Below are positions 31,023-51,392 of a stretch of 64,000 nt of DNA, in pieces (position 1 is the first letter of the stretch; each line of letters opens with the position of its first letter). The DNA is from the human T2T-CHM13v2.0 reference genome, Homo sapiens. The stretch lies in the NCBI RefSeq assembly GCF_009914755.1, contig NC_060937.1, one strand, 5' to 3'. The notes beneath the pieces are model-generated. The model had not been told where the DNA came from and made no database searches. It saw only the letters and a list, made by a program, of their open reading frames with translations. The position numbers were made by a program, and so were the translations under genes.

Positions 31023-32205
31023 CTCTCTAAAGGTTTTAATTTCTGTAAGACATCCCATTCAATTCTCAAATGCTTGACTAATTGTCACCTTATGATTATA
31101 AATTCATCAGTTCTGACTAAAGCAGTTCCACACTTAGTTCATTCCACTAGCTCTGTTTGTATTACTCATCAGTACCTAGAATTGTCAGGATTTCTGTTTT
31201 CAATCTGTAATGATCAATTTTCCTGTTTTGTCAGGAATTGTATTTGGTTTCAGGTGATAGAAAGAGTCAAGAGCTCCTTAAGGACTTTCCATTTTAGTGG
31301 ATAATTGCCTGTGAAATAAACAGTGGTACCCTTAAAGTGTGGAGGGCATGTTTCAGTCTCCACACTTGAGCACTCTGCCTGCATATTGGGCAACATTATA
31401 CATAATTTCTTTTTTGTCCTAAGATTAAAGAGAATCTGAGAGTTATAATAGGAAGGTGAGGTGAACCAACACATATAGGGGCAGGAGAGGCAGCAAAGGA
31501 TGTGGATCCAAGAGAGCCACAAAAACCTTGAAAGGGTGGTGTTGGAATGCCTATTATTTCTTAGCTGGTTTTGAAATAATAATTATTTATTGGAGTTTTT
31601 ATAATTTGGCCTTTAAGATTGTCTCCAAAAAGACAATTAATTCCCTTGCTTACATGCCTTTTTATTTGTGTCCATATTTATTTGTTCTTTTTTATATCCT
31701 GTTTCTCATTGGAGATGAATAGATGTCTAGCTTACAGCCAGATATGTAGGGAGTCTTCCTTGGAGGAAAATATCATGGAATAATGGAACATATGGAAACC
31801 AGGCTATATTGTTTGAACTTAAGAGATTTTAATCCCTATGACTGAGTTCTTTAGACCTGGTCATTCTTTTCTGTGCTGAAATGTTTTGTTTAGTATTTGC
31901 AGTGGACTCATAAAGGGATTAATAAGTCTTAAATTTTATATAATACTACATTACAGAATATAGTACCACAGACATATATTTATGTCACAAACTATATAGT
32001 ATCACAGAGCTATTCATTTTCTGTTGTCTTTGATCCCGTGTAAAGTTCATGACTAATTTTTATAACAGATCTTAGCCATATTTCCTTCTTGATAGGTTCC
32101 CTCCATTCCATCCTACTTCTTATATTTGATTTTCCAGCATACCTCTCATACCTCTACTGTTCTCACATTAATTTAGCCAATATGGCCTAAAAGAAGATTG
32201 CTGTT

Positions 32206-32554
<349 letters not shown>

Positions 32555-32972
32555 TCAGTTAAGTCCTCACTTTCCAGTCTTGACGATATCTACTACCTCT
32601 TAATATTAAATGGTTAGGTTTTTATCTCCATTGTACCATAACATCACTTTTCTTTTTTTATAAGTAAAACATCTATTTTCTGGGAAAATGTAGAAATGAG
32701 CTATTTCTATGTTTTTAACTTACTTTATTAAATACAGTGTTGTTTTAGTCCATGAGGCCTCCTAAGCAAATAAAAACAATATAAGAATATGCTTAGAGAC
32801 CAGTGGTTTTCAGTAGTTTTTATATGGGCCTTCCCCATTCCAATTTGGGAGCATATGCTCTAGAATATTCCTGTAACATTTTTTTGAATTAAAATGTGTT
32901 AGACTAGGCACTTCATGTGTGTGTGCTAATATAAATGATAGTTTTGTTTCAAATTCCAGTTGTTTCTTGCTG

Positions 32973-34295
<1,323 letters not shown>

Positions 34296-34398
34296 TAGTT
34301 GTGTCTCTTGTTACTTAATCTAAGTAAAAATAATATTTATTTTTTGTTTTATCTTAATCTTATGATTCAGTAATGTGTTATCTGTGTTCATTCCTCAG

Positions 34399-34707
<309 letters not shown>

Positions 34708-35479
34708 TCAAAAAAAAAAAAAAAGGAAGCCAGAAGCAAAATATATAGCCTTTTTTCCCCTATCTTTTAGTTATCTGTTTATTTTTTTCTCTTTTACTTA
34801 TTTCTCTTTCTTTTATATGTCTGCCTCTTTACCATGCACTTTTTATACATCTATCCTGAAATACACTATGTTGCATATATTTTTGTTTTAATAAAATTCT
34901 TCTGTGTTTTTCATGAATATTTCCAATTCACATTTTACGTATTAAATTAGCAGAAATCTAATTATTAGAGATAGGTAGCACTTGATGAGAGAAAGCAAGA
35001 ACCCTACTCACTCATGGAGATCTTCCATTTATAAATGTTTACATTATAAACAGATTTGGAATGTTGGATGTAAATATTTAAATATGGGAGAAAAAATGTT
35101 TTTTGAATGTAGTCCAATCTAAATTTATAAACTAAACAGTCAGTATTCATTTGGCATATTATTTTGTTATCTTCTGTCTTTTAAAAAAATGGCAAATGTT
35201 GGATGGTGCCTGCACAAAAAGAAAAAATGATAAATGTCCCCGCTCAAAGAATAAATGTAAATTACTGAACCCATTGGTCCCTGAAAGGTGTTTAGGAAAA
35301 TTATTTTCTGTTCCCAGTGTATTAAAGAAAATTCCATAAGCTCTAAAATATAGTTAGCTTGATTTATATATGTTGACCAGTACTACAGTGAAGCATGCTT
35401 AAAACATTTTGGGAAATTGACCAAAAACGTAGCCACTTGAAGTATTTATGAAAACTGACCAGCTCAGAAGTCAAATATC

Positions 35480-36600
35480 AACAAAATCGAAGGAATTACT
35501 ATCATTCAACCCAAATTATCTGACCACAAAGAATTGAAGTTTGGATTCAGAATAACTTAAAAACCCACTATGGCCAGATGTAGTGGCTCATGTCTATAAT
35601 CCCAGCACTTTGGAATGCTGAGGCGGACAGATAGGTTGAGTCAAGCTATGGCTGTGCCACTGCACTCCAATCTGGATGGCAGAGTGAGACCTTGTCTCAA
35701 AAAAAACATAAAAAAAAAAAAACCTGGAAATCAGAAAAACTCAAAATTTAAACTTTGCATCAAAGAAAAAATGATAATGGAAGTTAGAAAAATGTAGACC
35801 TGAATGACAAAAATACAACATATCACAATGTGTGGGATGCCATATGAAGCGGTATTTAGAGGGAAAATTTAGAGCCATAATGAGTTATGTAAGAAAAGAC
35901 CAATGGCTAAAGATAAATAAGCTAAGCCTTTTTCCAAACTGGCATTTCTTATCAAACTAAACAGACATGTACCCTGCTATTTTCCTCCTGGGTATTTACC
36001 TAAGACAAATGAAAACATATCCACACAAAGAGTTGAACATGTTATTCTTAATAGCCTCAAAAAAACTTATCCAAGAATGTTCATAGATGCTTTATTCATA
36101 ATAGTTAAATACTGTAAGCAGCTCAAATGTTGATCAGTAAGAGCAAGAAAACCAAACTGTGGTATAAATGAAACTACTCACCAATAAAAAGGAACACATT
36201 ACAAATAAATACAACATGGATGAATCTCAAAAGTCATACTGAGTGAAAGAAATCTTACACAAGCAAGTACATACTTCTTATTATGTTTATATAGAGCTGT
36301 ACAATAAGCAAAATGCATCTATGGTGGGAAAAAAATCAATGCTGATAGTCGGAATAGGGGTATGGAATTTGACTAGGAAACAGCATATGCCTGAAGTGAT
36401 AGAAAGGTTCCAGATTTTGATTGGAGTTTGAACTATAAAACTCATTGAATATACACTTAATATTTATGCATTTTATCATATGTATATTTATCTTAAATAT
36501 ATATATAAAAAAACAAATATTGAACTCAAATGCATGCTTAGGTATTTAGGGGGACATGTAGTGATGTTTACAGTTTACTTTAAAATGCATCCAAAAAATT
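35480..36600 (+). mobile_element. Old L1M fragments (sense)
   Basis: aaatacaacatatcacaatgtgtgggatgc; caacatggatgaatctcaa; cacttaatatttatgcatttta. Confidence 0.65.
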
Positions 36601-36838
36601 AGGGTTCTAATCTGAAGCCTGAAAGCTGAAATTCCAGATACTTTCTATTCAAAGTATTAATATAGTCTTAAGACTAAGCCACTCTAGAAACCTTAGCTTT
36701 TGATAAGTCGAGCAGTCTTTAAAATACTTTAATGAAGACAAAAACCAATCAAGTAGAAGTTTGACATTAGTTTTCAAAAGCTGTTACAAACCCATCTTAT
36801 TCAAAAATTAATTGCTCTTGGCCAACCATGGTGGCTCA

Positions 36839-37111
<273 letters not shown>

Positions 37112-38177
37112 CTAAAAAACTTTTTTTTAATAAATAAAAAATGCTCTAAATATTGTATATTGTTAGAAAATGCAAACATTTGTGTTAAATGATTAAATGT
37201 GGTAAGTCAGCAAATTAGTCATTTAGCAGATTAATCTCTTACATCAGCTGGCTTTCAGCTTTTGATTTTCAGTGAGTTGACTGCTTTTAGGTGTTATTTA
37301 TTATTTTATTATATTTTAGCACTAGTTTGGTCCTGTGTGTCACAATATGCAAATTATCCTAAATCAGACCAACAGTAGTACACCTGAAACAACTGATATA
37401 AAAGTTTATTTCTTTTATCATCATGAATTTGAGCACTTGAATTGTTTGGATTGATTGTATAATAATAGTCCAGTGATTTAATGTATTCCTCTGTCTCTAT
37501 TGATGTTCAATTTACTAATATAAGGAATCAGTACATTGAAACCTGACATCTTTATTTCTCCATTTTTGTTTGCTTTTTGTTACCTTACATACAATTTTGC
37601 TCATCATTATAAATCATTTTCCTCAGTAGTGGCTTTAGGTAAAGTAGTAAGATCCCTACAACTCCATTCTTTCTCACATCTCCACACATCTGCTGAAACT
37701 TTGTTCTCTATTTTCTCCAGGTCTTTGTTATATATTTAGGCCTTCCGCTTCCAACTCTTGTTAGCCTGTCAACCTTCATCATTACTACCTCACTAAGGAC
37801 TTATTATCTCACTAGCAAGGAAAGATGTGAAAGCAAGGGAAGGGAGGAGAAATATGGAGAAATGGAGCTAAAAGATCAAGTTTTGATAGTGTAGCTTTTT
37901 TACATTTATACATACATATAATGCTACATATATGGTTTTCCATCCTAAAATTCACCTTACTACACTCCTTTGTATTGGCATCCTGTCTCCTATTAATACC
38001 AAACTACTAGAAAGAATGATCCACAAGTAGGTTCCACATCCCGTGGATCACCTCTGTCAGAACTTGGGTGGTAAAAGCAAGGTTTCTGAGACCCACAGTT
38101 GGCAGTTTTGATTCACTAAATTTATGATAGGACAGGCAATCTATATTTCTTTTCAACCCATCAGTGCTGGAGACCAG

Positions 38178-38975
<798 letters not shown>

Positions 38976-39079
38976 GTAAAATGTAAATTTAATTTACTCT
39001 TTTAGTGAAAGACTTTTTTTCTAGTTAGTTCCTGGTCTTTGGATGAATGTTACTTATTGCAAGAATAAGACAGGTTTCA

Positions 39080-39208
39080 TACAATGTGTACTACTTGGTT
39101 GACTGGTACACTGAAACTTCAGACTTCACCACTGTACAATTCATCCATGTAACCAAAAACCACTTGTACCCCTAAAGCTATTGAAATAAAAATAGAAACA
39201 AAAAAAAT
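39080..39208 (+). mobile_element. 5'-truncated L1 3' tip (L1PB/L1MA-like)
   Basis: cagacttcaccact...catccatgtaaccaaaaaccacttgtacccctaaagctattgaaataaaaa; taagacag on both sides. Confidence 0.7.
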
Positions 39209-39825
39209 TAAGACAGATTTTACCATCAATTGTGTTTTTTTATACTTCTAAGAGTTAAGAAACCAGGTTTTTATGAAGAAGTAAATGAGAATGAACCCAT
39301 TTTGTTATAGCGATGTCATTCAGTTCTTTGAACAATTTGAGTTATTCTCTTAAACCTCATATTGATCTGTTTACAAAAAGTATTATTAATAGCCTCTTAA
39401 CTGTCAAGTCATTAGGATCTCCTTTGATTTTTTTTCCACATTGATCTTATTAATAAGTTTTCTTGGAAATAAGATCTTTCCAAGTCTGTATAATGAGAAT
39501 AACAACATTTAATTTACAGAGATGTTGTGAGGATATAGTAAATGCTCAATATATCTAACATTTAGCATTTATTTATTGTTTCTTATATAGCCAACACTGT
39601 ACTAAATCCTGTGTATTCATTAGATCATTTAACTCCTCCCTCCCTCCCTCAAAAATTTAGAAATTATTATTATGACTACTACCATTTTACAGCTGGGAAA
39701 ATGAGACTTAAATTACTTGCCCATTGTTACCAGTGTTGAAAGCAGCAGGACCATCATTGCAATGCAGATTTTTCTGAATTTGGAACTTAAGTTTTATTTC
39801 TCCATGCTCCGTGTATTGATTATCT

Positions 39826-40122
39826 ATTTTTTTTTTTTTTTAAGACAGAGTTTTGCTCTTGTTGCCCAGGCTGGTGTGCAATGGCATGATCTTGGCTTAC
39901 CGCAACCTCCACCTCCTGGGTTCAGGCGATTCTCCTGCCTCAGCCTCCAAGTAGCTAGGTTTACAGGCATTCGCCACCATGCCTGGCTAATTTTGTATTT
40001 TTAGTAGAGACGGGGTTTCTCCATGTTGGTCAGGCTGGTCTCGAACTCCCGACCTCAGGTGATCCACCCACCTCAGCCTCCCAAAGTGCTGGGATTACAG
40101 GCGTGAGCCACTGCGCCCAGCC
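39826..40122 (-). mobile_element. AluS (Sp-like)
   Basis: Antisense dimer; TSD ttgatta(t/c)ctatttttt. Confidence 0.9.
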
Positions 40123-41837
40123 TTGATTACCTATTTTTTCTTAGCAATATTTGATGATTTTTTTTTTATCTCCTTCAATTTTGTTGAACATAAAGAATTG
40201 GAAAGCACTTGATTTGCTAATCAGTTTGTTTCTAAAGACTTTATCAATATTTATAAAATACTTAAGAAGTACTTTGCTTAACCCAGTATATTGAGCAGAA
40301 ATAGGAAAATGTGAATAGTGTCAATTTAAATACATATTTACTAATGTATCTTTTGTACATTCTGCTAAAACGTTATGGCTCCAGATTGAGTTCAGTTAAT
40401 TTATGAGACATGGCTGTCACATAATCTAATTGACAAAGTCATTTCTGGTTGTCAGATCAGCCAGACCAGACTTACTTTCTGATTCACTTTTTCCATTCAA
40501 ATAAATGTGTTAATGACCATTCATATGACACTCTGAATTCTGATCTAGGTGCCATTTTACCTTCTAGATAAAATAAGATACTGTCACTTTCAGCATTTTT
40601 TACTAGTGCCTTGTTATTTTGCTTTCACTGAGGTTTCTTCACTCCTTCCCCCTCAAGTACATTCTTTGGCAGTAGGAAGGGCCTGGAAGAGGTATGGTTG
40701 TTAAGCAAAAATTGTCTTTTCTTCCATTACCCACTCTTCAATATATCTGAATTCAGAACATTTCAATAAAAGGTAAAATACCCATTTCTAAAGGACACTA
40801 CACTCTTAGGAGAAATGTGTTTCAGACACAGAAGGACACAGAACCCTCCTGTGTTTACAGTTTCTTGATTAAAGGAAGTTTCAATCATACCGGTATTTTA
40901 GGTTTTTTGTCTCATACCCTGAAGACTTTTGCTTTCCTAAACAATATTCTATAGCCTCCTTTGTTAAATGAGAAAGGGCTATAATGAAAGGGATGGCATC
41001 TTCACAAGAGGTAGTCTAGGCCAAATCAATTGTAAGAAAGACTACATGAAGAAGTAGAGAATCATGGAAAAATAGCCTTAAAATTACCCATGCCTTCATA
41101 CTCCATAGACTCTACTCTCTGTAGCACCCAGGGATACGTATACCCCAGATTGAAGGCTGCTGGTCTGTACTACCTGCATCTCCTTTTCCATCTCCCTCCC
41201 TGCTCCTTCCATCCAGGACTGTTCTATCCTTTACCTTAGTCAATACTCAGTGGTCTGTAGTCAATCCCTAGTTTATTAAATCAATTGTTTTTGCTCAGAC
41301 TTTGTCTTACTAGATACATCTGAAAATGTGAACACCTACCCTAGCTAAGAAGAAAAAAAATTGAGGGAATTAAGGGAAAAAGAGAACGACAGAAAACTGA
41401 AAGGAACAAAAATTATCTTAGCTTATGGAACATGCCAACATATGCTGCACAGGCCTTGAATTTTGCCACATCCGTGTTCTTACTACTTTTCTTTTACCTT
41501 TGTTTTTGCTTCAGCCTGACAGTGCCTTTCCTTCCTATCCGTCCATTTAGCCTTCAAAGACCAGCACGTCTATGAAGTGACAATATGATTGCTCTTTCTT
41601 TCACACCCCGTTCTTGGTTTGTACTCTGATGTTTAGTATTTAAATAACCATAATGCTTTTCATTACATATTTTCTTTATAAATGCTGTCTTGGATTTGGA
41701 AAAAAAAAAACTACTGGGGTTTGTAAATAGCCCTCCTTAATGTGCACCATTACTATCTATTCCGTTTCATGGTCATATTCTGTCAATAATCTATATACAA
41801 ACTATAGTTTTTATTTCTGCTCTCCTGCTCTCTCCAG

Positions 41838-42056
41838 GAATCAAAAAGATCAGAATCTCTTATGGACATACATCATAAAAAGTTAAAGAGTAAGGCTGCT
41901 GAAGACAAAAATAAGCTTCAAGAGAGAATACCATTTGACCGTGATAAAGATCTCAAGGTTAATCGGTTTGATGAAGCTCAGAAAAAAGCCCTAATAAAAA
42001 AATCTAGAGAACTAAACACCAGATTTTCACACGGCAAAGGCAATATGTTTTTATAA
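41838..42056 (+). CDS. GPALPP1: GPALPP1 last coding exon (ESKRSESLMDIHHKKLK...FDRDKDL...RFSHGKGNMFL*)
   Basis: Acceptor ctctctccag|, TAA at 42054-42056; 219 nt; all 8 exons sum to 1023 nt = 340 aa + stop. Confidence 0.96.
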   Translation, partial: ESKRSESLMDIHHKKLKSKAAEDKNKLQERIPFDRDKDLKVNRFDEAQKKALIKKSRELNTRFSHGKGNMFL

Positions 42057-42521
42057 GTAAGTATATTTCAGTGAGGTATATTTTAATACTGATCAATGTG
42101 AACTTTTCTAAATACTCTATTGTCTTTAATAATTGTGCTGAAATCTATTTCCTTTTATAATAGATTAAAAATTTTATATTTTTATAAGTAAACAGTGATT
42201 TTTGAAAAGTCAGCCTTGTGGGATGAAAAATATGTCTTACTGGAAAAATCCCTCATAATAACCTAATAGGGCATTGCTATTAAAAATGCTAAAATAAAAA
42301 TTCAGCTTATGAGAAATGGCAAAGGAAGGTGTGGTTTGATACTTGAGTAAATATGCATGCTTTATTAAAGATGAAGAAAGGCTTGCTGGTTGTTTGTATG
42401 TTAAACAAAATCCCAACTAGGAAATGTTTGTTGCTTAGAAAGGTCCCCTATAAGTTAAGGTTCAAAACTATTCCAATATTCATCCATAGCCCAATCTGAC
42501 AAGGGTTCAGAATGGTGATTA

Positions 42522-43207
<686 letters not shown>

Positions 43208-44336
43208 TCAATATTCAAATGTGATTTTTGAGGAAAATATGTTAAATTTAGAAATATTTTCCAACTTACTGAGTTTTCTTATTCTTACCTCAGGGGGATT
43301 TCCCTGTGCAATGAAGAAAAGTTGAAGAATACTCTTTGTCCATCTTTATTTCTTTGTTTTTGGCTTCTTAAGATTAGAGATTACTTTAATCTTAAAAAAC
43401 ATACAAATTTACCTTGTTCTGTATGTCCTTTTAAGGTCATGTGGAAACATAAAACGAATGTTTTTTATGTAGAACAGAATATTCTATGTGCCTTTAGCTT
43501 CTGTGGAAGTATGGGGAATTATGGGCTTTTCTTCAAATAATTATTTTAAGAGGCTTCCATTCCCCCTGATTTTTGTGGTGTCTCACAAGTACCCTCTAAG
43601 GTCTGGTCAGGACTGACCACCAAATCTCTACCACAGCCTGGACCTCCTTGTGAAATATACCTAACCTGCCCTAGAGTCAGTGTGTCAAGTCCTTCCTGTA
43701 AATCCATGACTTTGAAATTTGTTGTTTTTTCCCTTTAAACTGCAGCCAGTGAATACAAATTTACTTGAAAATAGAGGGTATGGGGTTTTGCCTGTTTTGT
43801 AATCAGTTTGCTTGTTTTAGCACTCAGGGCTTTTTATTTGTTATTTAATTTTTTAATTGTTTTTAAGTCAGAAAGATCTCTGGGTTATCTCATGTGCTAA
43901 GGAAAAACTATTTTGCTTTTTCCAACTTTAATAGTTAGTATTTCTAGGGGAGGCAATCAAGATAAGATATGCCATTAACTGTTAGCATTGTGAAATCTGT
44001 AAGACTCAATCTCTGATCTCAACCAAAGCTTTCTGAGTCCTGGAACTTTGCTTTGGGACAACTTTACTTTACCCATTTATATGCTGTACTTAACAGTTTG
44101 TAGCTAATTTATGGGGTCATATCTTTTTTTTAGCTAATTTACGGGGGTCATATCAGTCATGAATAGCCTTTTTTAAAAATTTAATAATCCCTGAATACAA
44201 AAATGGAAATGGAAAATTTATAATCATAACCCCCCTAATTGGGAGTATTATAAGTTTGTAATGCTTTAAGCACTGCCTCTTAAGATGATAAATTTATAAG
44301 ATGAGAAATTCTATTTAAACTATTAAACTATTGTTA

Positions 44337-44342
44337 AATAAA
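44337..44342 (+). terminator. Candidate GPALPP1 polyadenylation signal
   Basis: AATAAA preceded by ATTAAA and followed by T-rich sequence. Confidence 0.55.
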
Positions 44343-44421
44343 TGCCAATTCTATAAGTTATATTTTCTTGCAGATTAATCCCAATTGTTCCACTAGTATT
44401 CTAGTTTTGATGAGACACAAA

Positions 44422-45293
<872 letters not shown>

Positions 45294-46430
45294 CTACCTT
45301 TTGACTAAAAATGTCATTTTTAATGAGCAGTATTTTCTGAACACAAAATTTTGTACAAGAGTGTCTCCATTGCATTAATTTAATTTTGTTATAATTTTTT
45401 CCCAATGAAAGGAAAAAAGTATTTTGTAGCTCCTCTTCCTTATGTAAATTCTTAACATATATTTTTGAGAAATTTGCATTTTTTAAAGTAAAATTGTTAT
45501 CTTTGGATACTTACTTTTCTTTGTTTTCCTCATTTAAAGAGAATAGGGATATTTCTGTATTATATATTTACTGTTTCATCCCTCACCTTTGGAGTGACCA
45601 TGACCTTGGCATGAAGGAGAGAAACCTCTGCTTTCCGCCTATTGCTTCCAGGAGTTACTACCTTACTGGCCTTGGAGATAATGCTCTTTTGTGCCAACCT
45701 GAGGATAATTTTAACAAAATGTAAGGCCAGTTTCAGAGGTTGTTTTGCCCCACAGAGAGACTAATCCCAATACAAGAATATTGACAACAAAAGGACAAAG
45801 TAGTTATTGCACAGGACGGAAAGGTGTCTTTATTTCATCCCCTCCCCACTTCCAAAGATGCAAAAGGCCTAATTGAATCAAGTCTCCTTTCCATCTGGCA
45901 GGAGACATTTTAATAAGGACTTTTTAATTTCCTACATTTCTTGGCCAAGTGTCATAGGAATGTGGCCTCTTTTGAAATTTAAAAATGAAGAAGAAAAAAA
46001 GAGCAACACTAAGTTAATATAATGGAGCAGATACTTTTAATGTTCTTACCATTGAATATGCCATTTAAGTTTGTTATACTTGAAATTATATGATTTTTGT
46101 CCAGCTCTCTAAATTGTCATCTCCAATAGATTTAGATGCTTCAAATAGTAACCACATTACTGGTAAGTAAACGGTGGGGTTATTGGGTTTAGCAAGTGGG
46201 GAAGTAAGGGGTGAACAAAACACGAGAGATGGTGGCTACACCCCTACTAAGACTGCCTTACCAGATAAATGAAATCCTTTTTGTATTAGGCACAACATGG
46301 TAAATTAAGTCTTGCTCTAAAAAAAAAGAAAAAGAAAAAAGAGAAAAGCCCTGATCTAAGAGTTTTTAGATGCTAGCAACCTTGTTTAGATGTAGATCTT
46401 GTTTAGATGTAGCAACCACTTGACATTTAA

Positions 46431-47162
<732 letters not shown>

Positions 47163-48759
47163 TTATTGTATAAGTAATTTTATCCTAAAACATTATGACA
47201 TTTTTTGTTTCTTATTGAGGGTAGATAATGTTAATATTAAACTACTAATAGGAGGCCCTTATCACTTCTCTTTTCATTTTTTCCATGCAGTGATAGGTAT
47301 TATTAGAAAAAAGTTATTTCTTGAGTTACACCTAAGAGGAAGAAGTAACATGATGGAAAGTGGTTGGAGATAGCACCCAATTAACATCGACAGCCAAGTC
47401 TTCTATTTCAGAATATTGATTTATTTCGCTTTGGCTTTTGATGCCATCATGAGATTTAAGTCTGCAGTTTCAAAAGCTCATGCTACTTAGAAGAGATGAT
47501 TTTTGCAGCTTAAAAAATTGCTTGTGACTGCAGTATGTACACAGTTAAAAAGCTGTTCACTGCCCCTTTCAACCTTTTCATTTTGAGCTTTACTAAGAGA
47601 ATGCTTTTAGGAACAGAATTCCTAAAGTGTAATTTTTTATGTATAAATAAAGTTTTATCTATATCTGAGAAGTTGTAGTATTTATTTTTGTTTTAACATT
47701 ATTAGCTTTTCTGAAGCAGGCAGTATTGGTAAAGAGAATATTCTGTAAAGGTTTATTCCGGCCAACCAGATCATTGTAGGCTATTGTAAAAAACAACAAC
47801 AACTTTAACTCCAACTCGCTTGCCAGGTTTTCATTATCTAATATAACTATACAGATATTATCTGTTTATTTAGAAACACAAGATAGACAAACTGGAAATG
47901 TTCTTGAGAGCACTGTGACACTGGGTTATAACCAAGATTCCATTGTTCTTCATATCACAGGACCTGTAACAGTGGGTAGGTTTTTTCTGGATTGTTTGAG
48001 TATGAGTTTCTTTGGTTTGGTTTGGTTTGGTCTCTCTAACTCCCAAATTGAAAGTGACCAAAAGAGATGCTTTGCAACATCAAAGCTAAGCATTGAATGA
48101 TAGGAATCTGAACATGTAGGGTCAGAAAGAGAGCCTTTGCTTTCTCAGATCATTTCCCTATAATAAGTATTTCTGGAGGAACTTATATGTTTGTTCATTT
48201 ATTCAATAAACATTTATTAAATGCCTCAGTGTATGCTAGGTGCTAAGAACACAATGGTGAACCAGGCAGGCATAGTCTTCCTCCCTGGGAGAAGATTCTG
48301 TGCTGGTCCCTTATAGGGTATTCACAGATAAGTAAAGCAGATTCCTTGATTTGTGATTTTATATTCTAGTGGGAGAGCAGAAAAAGATCTGAGTAAAAAA
48401 GATCAAGTAATTGCACATTGTTGATAGGTGTTAGAAAGAAAACACGGTAGTGAAAGACTAGAACAAGTAGTTGAGGATGGGAATTCTATCTAGTTAGAGT
48501 GATAAGAAGTCTCTGAAGATGTGTCATTTAAGCTGAAACCTAAAAAAATGAAAAGCTAGCAGTGTGAAAAGTGACTGATCACATATGCAAATGCCCTGAA
48601 GCTTTAGTTCTTTGGTGTTTGAGGAACTGCTCCAGTATGGCGGGTATATTGTGAGAAATATGATGGTTCAGGGTTGGGTCTTCATAGTGTCTACTGATAC
48701 TATGAAGCCTATATAGGAACATCTAACCCAGTCCTGGGAGGTGAAAGGAAGCTTCCTAA

Positions 48760-49313
<554 letters not shown>

Positions 49314-50720
49314 TCCAATGGAGAATACTTCTTAACCAAGTTATAAACATGACATTGGAGTTGGCCAGATGGTTCTTACACCAAAGGTCTACTCTGCTGG
49401 CCTTCCAGAATTGCCCAAATGTGTCTGAATTCACTCTTAGGCCCTTGCTCTGCAAACACCCTGTATGTAACTCCACTAATAACTGTCATTAGTTATCAGA
49501 ACATTAATACATTGATCTGAACATTGAGCCTATACTTTATCATCAAAACCATAAATATTTAAGAATAGCTGTTTTTTTAAGAAGTTGTTGTAAATTACTT
49601 GTTTCCTCCTGGGCCTAATTATTGAGGGTTATTTACATTCTTTTTAAGAACTGAATAGCACCAGATGAATTCAACAATTATTAGTCAAGTCTCTAGAATT
49701 CTGGACATAGCAGAATGTTTTTACTTAGGGACTGAAAAATACAGTAGATCAGTCTGTCTCTTAATTTGTAATCCTTAAACTATTTCTATCAGAATCACCT
49801 AGGAGTTCATTTAAATGCAGATCTCCAGGCCCAAACCTATTGAATAGGAATCTTTGGGGTTAGAATCAGAGCATCTTCACTTTTAACAATTATCCCAGGC
49901 CATTCTTTGTAAATTCAAGTTTAAGAACCACTGCATTTATGGGCAGACAAGGTAGCTCACACCTGTAATCTCAGCACTTTGGAGGGCCAAGGTGGGAGGA
50001 TTGCTTGAGGCCAGGAGTTCAAGGCTACCCTGGCCAACATGGTGAAACCCTGACTCTAAAAAGAAATTTAAAAAAATAATAACCACCGCACTTACATGTG
50101 TTCCTATAAACAATCCCCTCTCCTTTGTTATATGTTCTGTTTTCCTATTATATATTCCTAAATACATAATCACTTTACTTTGCATAGCAACAAACACCAG
50201 CACCAGCAATACTTGCCTCTTGAAGAATGGATTGTCACTTCTCTTGAGTGAATGCCTAAAAGCATTCACCCTTCAAACATCTACCAGCCAGTTGCTACAG
50301 TGATCAAGATTCTACTGCCATTGATAATTCAGTTTCATTGCACTTTGCCCTCTCTTCAGCACCTTTTAAAATAGATAAGTCCCTAAGAGGAATAGTCAGA
50401 TTGTAGTTCCTTGTCCCTGGCTGACTTGGGGCCATTTAAGACTGAATGCCTCAGGAATGCAGAACATTGAAAAGGCAGGGAGCACAAAAAGGGAGCACTG
50501 GTGGGCTATAGATGATCTGCAAAGGATGGTCTCTACCTTATGACTATTTTCCTTGGGGGAATTAACCAGTTAATGTTACTTTGAGGTCTTAGATAACTGT
50601 GCTTTGGCAGCTAAGGTATTAACTTCAGAAGCAACTGAGTTTACTTTTAGATACCAGTTTCTGTATTTGCTGACAAAGAAAAGATAACAGTAGGTAAAAG
50701 AATGTTAAAAAGAAACAAAA

Positions 50721-51030
50721 GGCCAGGCACAATGCCTCACATCTGTAATCCCAGCACTTCAAGAGGCCAAGACAGGAGGATCACTTGAGGGCCAGGAGTT
50801 CAAGACCAACCTGGGCAACGTGGCATGACCCTGTCTCTACAAAAAAATAAAAATTAAAAATTATCTGGGCATGGTGGCATGGCATGCATCTGTAGTCCCA
50901 GCTACTCAGGAAGCTAAGGCAGGAGGATCACTTGAGCCCAAGAGTTCAAGGCTGCAGTGAGCTATGAACATGCCACTGCACTCCAGCCAGGGAGACAGAG
51001 AGACCCCATCTCTAAAAGAGAAAAAAAGAA
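50721..51030 (+). mobile_element. AluJ-like
   Basis: Diverged full dimer. Confidence 0.85.
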
Positions 51031-51392
51031 AGCAATAAAATTCTGCAGAACTAGGTAGGAAAGACAATAAAAGCTACAAGGGTGCATCATTGTTTTGAGA
51101 TCTAGACAAATTTCGAGAACCTATTCAAGAATATTGAAAAGTATTTCAAAGTTCATTTTCATATCTCTGATTACTTACCGCTGTCCTGCCCTTTAAAGCA
51201 CTTCCATTTGTTTTCTTTATGATGGGGTAATGTTGGCCAAACAGGCTATATGATAAAGTATTTAGTCCTAGTTTTATCTTCATACAATCAGAGCTCTGAG
51301 ATGAAAATAAACTTGTTCCTTTTTTATCACTAGGTACAAAACAACAAATGAAGTTGCTTATGTATATAATATGATGATTTTTGTCTTTTTAG

